Part shown: in pieces, positions 40,105 to 50,804 of the stretch
Layout: each line of letters starts with the position of its first letter
How positions within the stretch are numbered: the stretch's first letter is position 1
From: Candidatus Krumholzibacteriia bacterium
Lineage (GTDB): Bacteria; Krumholzibacteriota; Krumholzibacteriia; Krumholzibacteriales; Krumholzibacteriaceae
Length of the DNA stretch: 64,000 nucleotides
NCBI GenBank assembly: GCA_963836185.1
Contig: CAWIIQ010000001.1
Location: 64,001-128,000 of the forward strand
Direction: 5' to 3'
Translations under genes and position numbers: made by a program
The notes under the pieces: model-generated
Seen by the model: the letters and a program-made list of their open reading frames with translations, nothing else
Told to the model about the DNA's origin: nothing
Database searches by the model: none

Positions 40105-40734
40105 ATGCGTCACAACATTGACCACAAGAAGCTCGGCAGGACGGCTGCGCACCGCAAGGCGATGCTGAGCAACATGGTCACCTCTCTTTTCGAGAGGGAG
40201 AGGATCGAGACTACGACTGTAAAGGCCAAAGAAGCGAAGCGCCTTGCGGAGAAGATGATCACCTTCGCCAGGAAGGGCGATCTGTCCGCGAGGCGGCAAG
40301 TCGCCAGAACAGTGAAGGACCCCGTCGTCCTGAAAAAACTGTTCGACGACATCGGGCCGAGATATGTCGACAGGCCGGGCGGGTATACGCGTGTCCTGAA
40401 GACCGGCGTCCGCAAGGGTGACGCAGCTCAGACCGCGATCCTCGAGCTGGTCGGCAAGGACGACAAGCCCAGGGGAAAGAAGAAAACATCCCGAAAGACG
40501 CACCACAAGGTCGAGATCCCCGAGAGCCCCGTGATCGCCGCGAAGAGAGCGGCTGAGGAAGCCGAGAAGGCGGCTGCGAAAGAGGCTAAGGCTGCCGAAG
40601 AAGCGGCGAAGAAGGCAGAAGAGGAAGCGGCGGCTGCTGAAGCCGCGGCTGAGGAAGCTGCTGGGCCCGAAGCCGAAGAAGCGCCTGCCGAAGAGGCTGA
40701 GGCTCCCGCGGACGAAGAGGAAAAGAAGGAATAG
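40105..40734 (+). CDS. rplQ: 50S ribosomal protein L17 with ~90-aa Ala/Glu-rich C-terminal tail
   Basis: [16 protein letters not shown]-like, RPGGYTR. Confidence 0.96.
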   Translation: MRHNIDHKKLGRTAAHRKAMLSNMVTSLFERERIETTTVKAKEAKRLAEKMITFARKGDLSARRQVARTVKDPVVLKKLFDDIGPRYVDRPGGYTRVLKTGVRKGDAAQTAILELVGKDDKPRGKKKTSRKTHHKVEIPESPVIAAKRAAEEAEKAAAKEAKAAEEAAKKAEEEAAAAEAAAEEAAGPEAEEAPAEEAEAPADEEEKKE

Positions 40735-40767
40735 ATCCAGCGAACACACCTGCCGTCTGGATCTAGT

Positions 40768-40800
40768 GAAAGCCGCCCGAAAACGGGCGGCTTTCCTTTT
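40768..40800 (+). terminator. Rho-independent terminator of alpha operon
   Basis: GAAAGCCGCCCG-AAAA-CGGGCGGCTTTC followed by CTTTT. Confidence 0.85.
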
Positions 40801-40836
40801 GGATAAAATTCCGGGAAATGGTATCTTTTCAGCCTG

Positions 40837-41778
40837 ATGGTCATTACCGACGTAATACTACCGATAGTCTTCATAGTCCTCCTGGGATTCCTTCTCAGGC
40901 GGTTCGGGGGGAAGTACGAGCACGCTTTCTCGAAGACCCAGCTCTACATACTCGGCCCGGCGCTTCTTTTCTCGGTGATGGCCCGCAACGACACCGGTTA
41001 CGGCCTTATTCTTCAGCTGCTGATCTACGTCATCATCCTCTCGGCTGGCCTGCTCCTGCTTACCCAGATGACCGGGAAGCTTGCCGGGGGAGGCAGGGTA
41101 GAACGCAATGCGATGTCGCTCGCCGGCGTCTTCACGAACAGCGGTTTCTACGGTATCCCCGTCTGCATGCTTGCATTCGGGGAGGAGGGGCTCAAGTGGG
41201 CGGCCCTCTATATAGTCGCATCGTCGACCGTCCAGTCGACGCTCGGTATATTCCTCGCCAGCGCGGGAAAGCAGAAGGCCACGGCCGCCCTGGCGACTGT
41301 CTTCAAGGTGCCCCTTATATGGGCGCTGATAGCAGGGCGCGTTCTCGCTGACGTCAACCTTCTTCCGCCGGAGCCCTTCATGGAGATGATCGATCTTCTC
41401 GGCCGCTCCGCCATCCCACTCGGCCTGCTCCTTCTCGGGATGCAGCTCGAGAGGATAGTGACCGGTGACGACACAGAGGCGGAATGCGTCAAGGAAGAGC
41501 AGCTGAGTTCCAGACGGCTGGTCTCTCTTGGTGTGGCGAGCGGTGTAATAAAGATATTCGGAGGGCTGGGCATAGCCCTGCTGATATTGAGGTTCTTCGA
41601 TGTCGACCCTGTTCTGAGAAATGTGATGCTCGTCCAGTCGGCGATGCCGACGGCAGTCAACGCGGTGGTCTACGCCACCGAATTCGACTGCAGGCCGAGG
41701 ATCGTGACAATCGGAATCCTCTCATCGACATTGATAAGTGTTGGAAGTATAACGATGATCCTGAGCTTTCTGGTCTGA
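40837..41778 (+). CDS. AEC (auxin efflux carrier) family transporter
   Basis: About 10 TMs; NSGFYGIP, PLIWA, AIPLGLLLLG, AMPTAVN motifs. Confidence 0.88.
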   Translation: MVITDVILPIVFIVLLGFLLRRFGGKYEHAFSKTQLYILGPALLFSVMARNDTGYGLILQLLIYVIILSAGLLLLTQMTGKLAGGGRVERNAMSLAGVFTNSGFYGIPVCMLAFGEEGLKWAALYIVASSTVQSTLGIFLASAGKQKATAALATVFKVPLIWALIAGRVLADVNLLPPEPFMEMIDLLGRSAIPLGLLLLGMQLERIVTGDDTEAECVKEEQLSSRRLVSLGVASGVIKIFGGLGIALLILRFFDVDPVLRNVMLVQSAMPTAVNAVVYATEFDCRPRIVTIGILSSTLISVGSITMILSFLV

Positions 41779-42483
41779 TGGAATATTCAGATATGAAAAA
41801 GATATTATTCTCACCTGAAGACAGTGATTCCGCGGCCCGTTTTCTTGCCGAGTGCTCGAGACTCGCCGATGTAGGCCATGATGTCTCTGTCACGATTTGC
41901 GGGAAGCGGAGACGGTGAACGTGTTCCCGGCGAGACGGTCCTGGCGGAGATGGCGCAGGAAGGGATCGCTGCTGATCTCCTGTTTGAAAACCTCTCCGGC
42001 ATCGTAGAGATATCTCCATCGGACATGCTCATAAGGGCGAAGGGTGGCACACCTGTATCGGCGATAGCCGTGGCGGCGGAAGAGTCGATGCTCTGGTTCC
42101 CCCACTATGAAAGTTCCATAAAGAAGGAAATGACGATCGCTTCCCTGCTGATGGAGGCGCCTGTCCTGCCGGTGTCCGAAGAGTACGGAGGCCTGCGGGA
42201 ATATATCCTTTCAGTCGAGCTCGTCACGGGGAAGGGAGAGAGGGTCCGGTTCGGTTCGAGGTCGGTCAAGGATGTGGCCGGGTACGAGGTGATCGGAATG
42301 CTGCTCGGAGGGGGCGGAAGGTACGGGATGATCACTGAAGTGACCCTGAGGCTGATTCCGGGCAGGGGCAGGCAAGTAACAAGCCCTGGTGATCCGGCAA
42401 AAATAGAAGATAGTGAACCGCTTGAACGTATTACTGCGAATATTCAGAAAGTCTTCGATCCGGCGGGGATATTGAGATGGTAG
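41778..42483 (+). CDS. Short FAD-binding oxidoreductase (GlcE-like); apparent +1 frameshift ~41903
   Basis: TGATG overlap with upstream gene; KDVAGYE, G.YGMITEVTLRL, FDPAGIL; N-terminal P.D..A..L segment in the preceding frame. Confidence 0.75.
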
Positions 42484-44084
42484 ACGGGAAAAAAGAAAGA
42501 AACGTGGCCGACGATTTCCTGCTCTGCAACAGGTGCGGGGCCTGCAAGGCTGTCTGTCCCGTAGCCGATGCCGTCGGCGAGGAATGGGCGTCGGCGCGCG
42601 GCAAGGTCGAGCTTGCCGAAGCCTTCTTCAGGGGCGAGAAGCTCAGCGACGAGGATCTTCAGCAGGCCTTCGATCTATGCCTTCACTGCATGGCCTGTGA
42701 GGAGAATTGTCCCTCGGGGATGAGAGCCGAAGAGGTCATCCTTGCCGCGAGATCCGAGATGGCACGCCGGGGGAAGATCCCGAGGATGAAGCGTATCGCA
42801 CTGAAGATGCTCGACGGGATGGACAACGCTCTTTTCAGGACGATGAGACTTCTTGGCCTCTCGCGAAAGGGGCCGCCTCACGGAACAGGGGGGAAAAGCC
42901 CGCTCAGCGTTTTTTATCCACTCCTGGGCTGGCCCCGGCAGAGATTCTTCCCGCTGCCGAAGAACAAACCGTTCCTGAAAAAGGGGTCGGAATATTTCCC
43001 GGCGTCCTTCTTCGATGAGATCATGCTCGACTCATCCAGGCTTCTCTCAAAGACCTATGGCGAAACAGGTTTCGATGAGGCAAAGGCATCAGGACTGATA
43101 GACCTGGTTCTCAGAACGAGGATGAAGAACCGCGCGGAGCGCAGGCGCGCCTTCTTCTTCGTCGGCCACACAGTGAACCATTTCTTTCCCGAGGAGGCCG
43201 AGGCGATCACGCTCGTCCTGAACATCCTCGGGATCGACGTACACGCCCCGGCCGGCCAGGGATGCTGCGGGGCGCCGCAGTTCTACTCGGGAGATCTGGA
43301 GGCGGCAAGAAAGGCCGCCGCGAAGGTAGTCGAAGAGATCTCGAAGGTAGAGTTCGACTGGATCGTCACATCATGTTCATCGGGCGGTCGGATGCTCAAG
43401 CACGAGTTCCCTCGTCTTTTCGACCTGAACGAGGATGGCTTCTTCAATATTGCGTGGGATCCGGTCACAGAGGTCTTCACGAGAAAGGGTCTGGGCCACT
43501 CGGCGCGCGAGGAGTACTTCGAGACAGGCGAGCTGTACAGGAAACACATCGAAGCACGCGTATTTGATATTAACGAGCTGATCGTCGATCTGCTCGGCCT
43601 GGAGAAATCGGTCAGGGGATTCGATACCCTGGTCATGAACATGGGTGAAGCCCATAAAGAGGATGGGACCGGTGGAGCAGATAAAACCCCGGATGCGAGG
43701 CCGACGGTCACCTATCACCATCCCTGCCATCTCAACCGGGGTCAAAAGGTCGACTGGCAGCCAGAGATGATACTGGAAAAGCTGCCTGGCTGGAAGTATG
43801 TCAGGATGAAGGATGCCGACGTATGCTGTGGCGGGGGAGGGACCTTCACATTCACACACCCGGAGGAATCGGAGAAGATCGCAAATAGGAAGATGGATGC
43901 CGTAGAGGAGACCGGGCCGGGTGTCGTGGCGACCGCCTGCCCCCTGTGCAGGATCCAGCTGATGGACATGATAAAACGCAGGTTCACTGCCGGAGCGAAG
44001 GAAAAGGGCCTGCCTCCCCGCGACATTCCCGTAGTATCTCCAGTCGAACTGTTGGCAGGGGATTTGCTCAAGATCCTCAGGTAA
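42477..44084 (+). CDS. GlcF-like Fe-S oxidoreductase (two 4Fe-4S motifs + two CCG domains)
   Basis: CNRCGACKAVCP, CLHCMACEENCP, GCCG, YHHPCHL, CCGGGG, TACPLC. Confidence 0.88.
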   Translation: MVDGKKERNVADDFLLCNRCGACKAVCPVADAVGEEWASARGKVELAEAFFRGEKLSDEDLQQAFDLCLHCMACEENCPSGMRAEEVILAARSEMARRGKIPRMKRIALKMLDGMDNALFRTMRLLGLSRKGPPHGTGGKSPLSVFYPLLGWPRQRFFPLPKNKPFLKKGSEYFPASFFDEIMLDSSRLLSKTYGETGFDEAKASGLIDLVLRTRMKNRAERRRAFFFVGHTVNHFFPEEAEAITLVLNILGIDVHAPAGQGCCGAPQFYSGDLEAARKAAAKVVEEISKVEFDWIVTSCSSGGRMLKHEFPRLFDLNEDGFFNIAWDPVTEVFTRKGLGHSAREEYFETGELYRKHIEARVFDINELIVDLLGLEKSVRGFDTLVMNMGEAHKEDGTGGADKTPDARPTVTYHHPCHLNRGQKVDWQPEMILEKLPGWKYVRMKDADVCCGGGGTFTFTHPEESEKIANRKMDAVEETGPGVVATACPLCRIQLMDMIKRRFTAGAKEKGLPPRDIPVVSPVELLAGDLLKILR

Positions 44085-44146
44085 AACCCGGTTAACCGGC
44101 ACTCGTATAACGTATTGCGGCCGCTTCGCAGGGCTGTTTTGGACTA

Positions 44147-44175
44147 TTGACAACAGGGTTAAGGGATACTATTAT
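44147..44175 (+). promoter_or_regulatory. Sigma70 promoter of tRNA-Asn
   Basis: TTGACA-N17-TATTAT. Confidence 0.75.
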
Positions 44176-44228
44176 TATTACCCGGCGGGGCCAGCGGCGC
44201 CGCCGTAAAAATTTAAGGATTTTAGTGC

Positions 44229-44304
<76 letters not shown>

Positions 44305-44347
44305 AATTTTAGTAATCCTCTTCTGAGCTGATTATCTGCGAAAGAGA

Positions 44348-45979
44348 TCAGGGTAGTTCCAGACCCGCTTTATTCAACCCTTCGACCAGCTGCCCGGCGA
44401 TGCTATCGATCTTGATGGTGCGGGCGATGAGCTCCATGGCCCGGTCTTCGAAATCGGGTTTGAGTCTCCGGAGCTCCGCAAAGTAGGCGCTGGCCTGAGC
44501 CTTGCGTTCCAGCATGCCGAGCGAAGCTGCGCAGACCACCGGATGCCAGAAACCGATGTTGGGTCCGGCGTTCAGAGCGGCCCGATAAGACGATTCGTAA
44601 CGCTCCAGCCGGTAATCGTCCAGCCAGATCGCGTGATGGAACCATCTCGGATGACAGGGATTGAGCGCGACAGCTTTCTCGACGAGGGATCTGCCGCGGT
44701 CGAAGTCTCCCGCCAGGACGAGGACATAACCTATCATACCCGCGAAGTAAGCAGAGTTAGGGTTGAGCGAGATGGCAACGTCGGCCTCGCTGCGCGCGGA
44801 CTCGAGCTCGCCCCGCAGGAGATACACGTAGGCCATGATGATCCGCGTAAGCTGGTTGGCCGGATCCGTCATGGTCCCTTTTCTGGCGTATATTCGCGCC
44901 GTCTCAATCGGATCCTCGAATTCGGGCAGGTCCCATATGTATGCCTGGCAGTGCAGATTGGCGAAAGCCGAGCACGCCGGCCCGTAGTCGGGTTCACGCT
45001 CGATTGCGGCTTTCAGCGCGGCGAAAGCATTCCGGTACAGTTCCGGCGTCATCACCAGCATGTAGTGGTGGTAGCGCAGCATGGCCTCGTACGTCGTGAG
45101 GTCGGAGGGTTCCTTGGTCCGGACTTCGCGTGAAAGCCGCTGAGATATGATACCTGTCTCCCCCGCGATCGTAGTGACGACGTCTCTTGCGATAGATTCC
45201 TGGGTCGAGATGACCTCTGCCGGGTCGAGCTTGTACGCGTAGGCTTCGCTCCACAACTGCCTTCCCGTGGCCGTATCGGTCAGCTGCATGGTGACCTTCG
45301 CCCTTTCCGAGTCTCTGCGCAGCGACCCGCCGAGTAGAAACCTCGCACCCAGCTTGGATCCAGTGACCTTCGCGCTATTGGGGTCGCTGGGCACAGGGCC
45401 CGCTCCACCGCTGGGGATCGCTATGATATCCTGGTATCTGCCGAGCTCGACGGCCAGTTCGGAGAGGAGTCCGTGCACAAAGTAGTCCTGCACGGTATCG
45501 CCGGTGAGATTCTCGAGGGGCATGACGGCTACGGAAGGCGTGGCGATGGCCCCGGATGCCTGCGATACAGGCCCGGACAGTTCACGGGCGGCGGGCCCGG
45601 GCTTTTCGATGAAGAGAGGTACGTACCTGCCCTTGGGTATTTCGATCCGTATCGGATCCTCCATCCCGGCGACGAGATAATACCTTTCGAGCTCTCGCCG
45701 GAGCTTGCCCGCCTCTATGCGGACTATCGGGTCGAGCCCGGAATCGAAATCCTCACCCCGGCCGAAGACCGCCATGGCGATCGAATAACCTTTGATCTGG
45801 TCCGTCCTTCCGGCGAGTGTCTCCTCGACTACATATGTCAGGAAATTTCGGCGTTTATAGGATGCGAGGAACTCCGGGTGCGCAAGAACGAGGCGAAGCT
45901 CTTCACGGACAACCTGATGGGAGATGCCCGCAGGGGCCTGGGGAGAGGACGAACCCTTATTAGAATCCTGCATGGCCAA
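44348..45979 (-). CDS. Putative one-component regulator: N-terminal wHTH-like, TolB-N-like and TPR domains
   Basis: FLTYVVEETLAG..DPIVRIEAGKLRRELERYY..IPKGRYVP; SVAVMPLENL; TPR repeats (AISLNP, AVALNP). Confidence 0.8.
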   Translation of the reverse strand: MAMQDSNKGSSSPQAPAGISHQVVREELRLVLAHPEFLASYKRRNFLTYVVEETLAGRTDQIKGYSIAMAVFGRGEDFDSGLDPIVRIEAGKLRRELERYYLVAGMEDPIRIEIPKGRYVPLFIEKPGPAARELSGPVSQASGAIATPSVAVMPLENLTGDTVQDYFVHGLLSELAVELGRYQDIIAIPSGGAGPVPSDPNSAKVTGSKLGARFLLGGSLRRDSERAKVTMQLTDTATGRQLWSEAYAYKLDPAEVISTQESIARDVVTTIAGETGIISQRLSREVRTKEPSDLTTYEAMLRYHHYMLVMTPELYRNAFAALKAAIEREPDYGPACSAFANLHCQAYIWDLPEFEDPIETARIYARKGTMTDPANQLTRIIMAYVYLLRGELESARSEADVAISLNPNSAYFAGMIGYVLVLAGDFDRGRSLVEKAVALNPCHPRWFHHAIWLDDYRLERYESSYRAALNAGPNIGFWHPVVCAASLGMLERKAQASAYFAELRRLKPDFEDRAMELIARTIKIDSIAGQLVEGLNKAGLELP

Positions 45980-46142
45980 CTGAGACCTTATGAAGCTAAT
46001 TGTTATTATGACATAGCCTTTATAGATGTAGGCTACATGAGACTACTGTAAACTCCTTACGCCTGCAAGCATTCTATGCAAGATTCCGGGTGGAAGTTAA
46101 GTGGCTCCCAGCATCCAGATTCTAAAATATGGGGATTAGACA

Positions 46143-46442
46143 GTGACAGACCAAAAGAAGGCGTTCAGGACCGCCGCAGCCTGCTTTCCCCGTTATGCCG
46201 CAGAGATCGAGCGTGCGTACGAGGAGATAGGCGAGTTCCGTTCGATCTGCACCGATCTGCTTGAATGTGACGAGGCCCTGAATCATTGGAGTAAGGTGGA
46301 TACCGACGAGGGAGCCTCGCGGAGTGAAGAGTACGCGGAACTGTTCGAATCACTCAAACAGGAGGTGCTGGACTGGCTGGCAACTCACGGATTTCTCAGT
46401 GAGGGCGAGGTGGAGGGCTCGGCCGAATCGGAGCAAGTCTAG
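46143..46442 (+). CDS. Small conserved-looking helical hypothetical protein
   Basis: GTG start; FRSICTDLLEC..EEYAELFESLKQEV pattern recalled from neighbours of such regulators. Confidence 0.6.
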   Translation: MTDQKKAFRTAAACFPRYAAEIERAYEEIGEFRSICTDLLECDEALNHWSKVDTDEGASRSEEYAELFESLKQEVLDWLATHGFLSEGEVEGSAESEQV

Positions 46443-46496
46443 TATGGACGTTTAAGCGTGCAGAACAAATAAAAAGGAGAAAGGAAGGAGAGTGCT

Positions 46497-47943
46497 ATGA
46501 GTGTTTCCAAAGAAAGAATGGGAATACTGGTTCTAATCCTGGTGGTGATTTTTTCGGTTACCTCCTGCTCCCGGGACCTTCCCGGTATGGAGGAGACGCA
46601 GGCGATCGCGAAGGAAGCCTATGTCTACGGTTTCCCGATTGTCATGAACTACAAGACGATGTACCAGTACACGGTCGATACGGAGAACCCGGACTACAAG
46701 GGACCGTTCAGCCAGGTCGCCTGCGAGGCGCGCGTGTTCACACCGCAGGACAAGGCAGTCGTGACGCCGAACTCCGACACGCCGTACTGCATGTTCTGGA
46801 TGGATCTGCGTGCCGAACCGCTTGTCCTGTCCGTGCCGGAGATGGGCCCGGAACGGTACTACAGCTTCCAGCTCATCGACCTCTATACACACAATTTTGC
46901 CTATGTCGGCAACCTCACCACGGGCAGCAGCGCCGGAAGCTACCTGCTCGCCGGGCCAGGCTGGAACGGGGAGAAGCCGGCGGGCATCACCGATATCATC
47001 CGCTCAGAAACCGGCTTCATTTTCAATATCACCCGGACGCAGCTCTTCGGTCCGGATGACCTGGAGAAGGTCAAGGCGATCCAGGATCAGTACGAACTGC
47101 AGCCGCTGAGCGCTTTCCTGGGAGAGAAAGCCCCGGCATCCATGCCCCTGCCCGATTTCCCTGAATGGGTCGAGGGCTCGCAGTTTGACGAGCGCTTCTT
47201 CGCCTACCTCGACTTCGTGATGGACCTTCTCGAGAAACCGGGACCTGGAGAGGACGCACTCTGGCAGGACCTCGCGCGCCTGGGCATCGGCCCCGGCAAG
47301 ACCTTCCGACTGGATGCACTTCCCGACGAACAGGTCGAGGCGTTGAAGGCCGGCGTGAAAGAGGGGTTTTCCGACATCGAGGCATTCATTGCCGAGCATA
47401 CGAGCGATCCCCTTGTCAGCGGGAAAATATTCGGCACACGTGAATTCCTGAACGAAAGCGCCGGGAAGAACTACGGGCTGGACAAACCTGACATGCTCCG
47501 CTCTGTTGCCGCGCACATGGGACTGTACGGTAATTCGGCGAAGGAAGCGATATATCCGACCTATATAATCGATGCCGACGGCGAGCCGCTGGACGCCTCG
47601 AAGCGCAGTTACACGATCACCTTCCCTGAAGACGCTCTCCCGCCGGTGAAGGCTTTCTGGTCGCTGACCATGTACGACGGAAAGACCCAGCTTCTAGTCG
47701 ATAATCCGCTCGACCGCTACCTCCTGACCTCGAACATGTTGGACGATTTCAATCGGGGAGAGAGACGGCTCTCTGGTGCTGCATATCGGCAAGGACTCGC
47801 CCGGTAGGGACCTGGAGTCCAACTGGCTTCCCGCGCCCGACGGACCCTTCTACATGGTCATGCGGCTCTACGGACCCGAGAAAGCCGCACTGGAGGGCCG
47901 GTGGACGCCGCCCGGGATAAATGAAAGCGGATTAGACAAGTAG
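46497..47943 (+). CDS. DUF1254/DUF1214 lipoprotein (apparent +1 frameshift ~47761)
   Basis: Lipobox-like VTSC; AYVYGFP, VTPNSDTPY, AFWSLTMY, then SNWLPAPDGPF..RLYGP in next frame. Confidence 0.85.
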
Positions 47944-47975
47944 ACGCGATAAGGTCCATATTGAAAGGAGAGACC

Positions 47976-49005
47976 ATGAGATCGATCATCACCTCGACCG
48001 TCGTCATAATGGCGATCGTCATTTCCGGTTTGGCGGTAGTCGCCGGGGAGAGCAAGGAGCCGGTCGGCGTGACCGTCGACAACTTCGTGCGGGCCGAATC
48101 GGACCACATGATCCGAGAGAACATGAAGATGATGGGTGTCGTCTTCGGCAAATTCACGCATCTGCGCGAGCCTACCACGCCGGACAACCAGCCCGTCATC
48201 CGAATGAACCAGGACACGTTCTACTCCGGGACGGTGCTGGACCTCTCCAGGCCCGTGACGATCACGCTGCCGGAGGCCGGCGGGCGCTATATGTCGATGC
48301 ACGTGGTAAGCCAGGATCATTACTGTTTCGTCGAGTCGAAACCGGGAACGTACGAGCTGACGGAAGAGAACGTGGGCACGCGCTTCGCCCTGGTGACCGT
48401 CCGAACCTTTTACAACGTCGGCAATCCCGACGACATCCCCGCCGCCCACGCGGCCCAGGACAAGATCGAGATCAGCGGCGGGGGCGGCGGCCCGTTCGTG
48501 GCGCCGAACTGGGACACCGATCAACTCGCGAGCTGCGCGCAAGGCCCTAAACGACCTGGCAGTCCTCGGCTTTAACGCGTCCTACGCTTTCGGCCGCAAG
48601 GAGGATGTCAGGCCGATCGACCATCTGGTCGGCGCCGCGGCCGGCTGGGGTGGACTGCCTCGCACCGCCGCTATGTACATCCTCGACAGCGTCGAAAAGA
48701 ACGACGGCAAGACGCCGCACGCGGTGACGGTCAAGGACGTGCCGGTGGATGCGTTCTGGTCCATCACGGTCTATAACGCCGAAGGGTATCTCGAGGCGAA
48801 TGAGCTCGGAAGGAACAGCTTCAACAACCTCTCCGCCGAGCCTAACGAGGACGGATCGTACACGATCCGTTTCGGCGGAGACCCCGGGAGCGTGAACTAC
48901 CTGCCGATCGCCGAGGGCTGGAACTACGCGATCCGCATGTATGAGCCGCGCCAGGAGATCCTGGACGGCACATGGACGTTCCCGAGCATCGAGCCGGTAA
49001 AATAA
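47976..49005 (+). CDS. Second DUF1254/DUF1214 secreted protein (apparent +1 frameshift ~48531)
   Basis: Signal peptide; VTVDNFVRAESD, VIRMNQDTFYS, GWGGLP, PVDAFWSITVYN, WNYAIRMY. Confidence 0.85.
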
Positions 49006-49185
49006 TCGGGTTGACCAGTATTTGCATACCTGGAAAGAAGACGTCGTGATGAAAATGCATTTGTCCTCGATCCCGGCAGCCCGCTGCGGGCGGCGGACAA
49101 GTGCGATGCGCCCTTCGAGTTCGAAGGAACCCTGAAACGGCTTTATTTCAAGAACCTGTGATCAACAACAGGAGGAGACATAATT

Positions 49186-49998
49186 GTGAGATTCGTTTTT
49201 TGTATCCTGACCGTTCTAGTGCTGGCGATCGCATATCCAGCGCTGGCCCAGCAGGGCGGGACCGAAGTGGAAGAGATGTCGAAACAGGCGGCGAACCCGC
49301 TGGCCGACCTGATAAGCCTTCCGCTGCAGAACAACACGAACTTCGGTCTCGGCCCGTATGGCCGGACGAGCAACATCCTCAACATCCAGCCGGTGATCCC
49401 GCTCGCGGATGGACGTATCATCACCCGTACGATTGCGCCGATAGTCTGGATCCCCGAATACGGCGAAGAAAGCGGTCTGTATACGTGGGGGCTGAGCGAC
49501 ATTCAGTTTACGGCGTTCTATGTGCCGCCGTCCGAAGGCCTGATGTGGGGTATCGGCGCGGTGGCCGAGATCCCGACCGGGGGAGAGAAACGCGGTTCAC
49601 AGAAATGGAGCCTGGGCCCTTCGGTCGTCGTGCTGTATCAGCCCGGAGACTGGACATTCGGAGTTCTCGCGAACAACGTATGGTCCGTGGCGGGCGAGTC
49701 CGGGCGGCAGGACGTGAACAAAGGACTGGTCAATCTCTTTCTGGTCCGACAGCTTGGCGGCGGATGGTACGTCAACAGCGCGCCCATCATCACAGTCAAC
49801 TGGGAGGCGGAATCGGACGAGCGATGGATCGTCCCGCTCGGGGCGGGAGCCGGCAAGGTCGCCATGTTCGGGAAGCTTCCCGTCAACACGCAGGTCGGTG
49901 CCTATTTCAATGTCGTGAAACCGGACTTCGGGCCGGATTGGCAGTTACGGGTCCAGGTCCAGGTCTTCCTGCCCAAACCGGGGAGCGGCAAGGGCTGA
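49186..49998 (+). CDS. Outer-membrane beta-barrel channel (family often mislabelled 'neuromedin U')
   Basis: Signal peptide; ANPLADLISLPLQNN, LNIQPVIP, alternating beta strands, WQLRVQVQVFLP C-terminus. Confidence 0.75.
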   Translation: MRFVFCILTVLVLAIAYPALAQQGGTEVEEMSKQAANPLADLISLPLQNNTNFGLGPYGRTSNILNIQPVIPLADGRIITRTIAPIVWIPEYGEESGLYTWGLSDIQFTAFYVPPSEGLMWGIGAVAEIPTGGEKRGSQKWSLGPSVVVLYQPGDWTFGVLANNVWSVAGESGRQDVNKGLVNLFLVRQLGGGWYVNSAPIITVNWEAESDERWIVPLGAGAGKVAMFGKLPVNTQVGAYFNVVKPDFGPDWQLRVQVQVFLPKPGSGKG

Positions 49999-50092
49999 GC
50001 AGAAGGGAGGTTTTAACGCTATAATACGCTGGATTAAACTGTTTTTTATACATCGGGAGAAATGGTTCAGAACTTTAACGAAAGGGTTTACC

Positions 50093-50524
50093 GTGAAAGC
50101 TGCGAGAATACTGTTAATCACCGTCGTCATGCTCGTCATGGCTGCATCGGCATCGGCGGAAATCAAAGGTTTCGGGCTCGGCGCTGGCTCCTTTGACGGA
50201 GAATTCGGCGTTCAGGGCCGCTGGGATATAAAGCTGGGCGGCGATATCTCGCATATCACCGCACAGGGTTCGATCGCTTTTGCTGACCGGACGACATTTT
50301 TGGTCGATGCCGACTATCATTTCGTCGTCAAATCGGGGAAAGGACGCTTTTACCCACTGGCCGGACTGCAGTTCGCCTTTAATTCCGACGACTCCGAATT
50401 CGGTGTAAACGCCGGCGGCGGCTTTAACTTCATGCTTACGGAAAATATGGCTGCCTTCGCAGAGGTAAAGTATGTTTTCTTCGGCTGGGAAGGCTGGTTC
50501 ATCACGGGCGGTATTTATTTCTGA
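50093..50524 (+). CDS. Small outer-membrane beta-barrel protein (OmpA-like TM domain)
   Basis: Signal peptide, YPLAGL, GVNAGGG, FAEVKY, terminal aromatic IYF. Confidence 0.75.
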   Translation: MKAARILLITVVMLVMAASASAEIKGFGLGAGSFDGEFGVQGRWDIKLGGDISHITAQGSIAFADRTTFLVDADYHFVVKSGKGRFYPLAGLQFAFNSDDSEFGVNAGGGFNFMLTENMAAFAEVKYVFFGWEGWFITGGIYF

Positions 50525-50639
50525 GGCTCGCCGCCACCGGGAGCTGATGTCCGAGCCTGAAGTTGACGATAGATAAGGCCGTGCCCTATACTTTCGCCGT
50601 TTTTCGGAGCACTGGGCAAAGGAACAAAGGCAGGGGGGC

Positions 50640-50804
50640 ATGAGACTGAATATTTCGCTTATCACTGCGGGCATTATCCTTGTCGTTTTGTGCAGCGTTG
50701 AGCCCGCGGCGTCGATGGATATTGTGTCAAGGGATCCTTGTGCGGACGCCATTGTGGTCGATGCGGCGACCGGAATTGTACGGGGACACATATTTTCGTG
50801 CTAA
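50640..50804 (+). pseudogene. Possible truncated remnant of a secreted S11-type D-Ala-D-Ala carboxypeptidase
   Basis: 54-aa ORF: signal peptide then AIVVDAATG.V, stopping before any SxxK motif at an abrupt AT-rich junction. Confidence 0.35.

Noticed and set aside
44348-45979. Adenylate cyclase call for the TPR protein
   Set aside because: No cyclase catalytic domain visible; only the wHTH-like, TolB-N-like and TPR parts shared with such proteins
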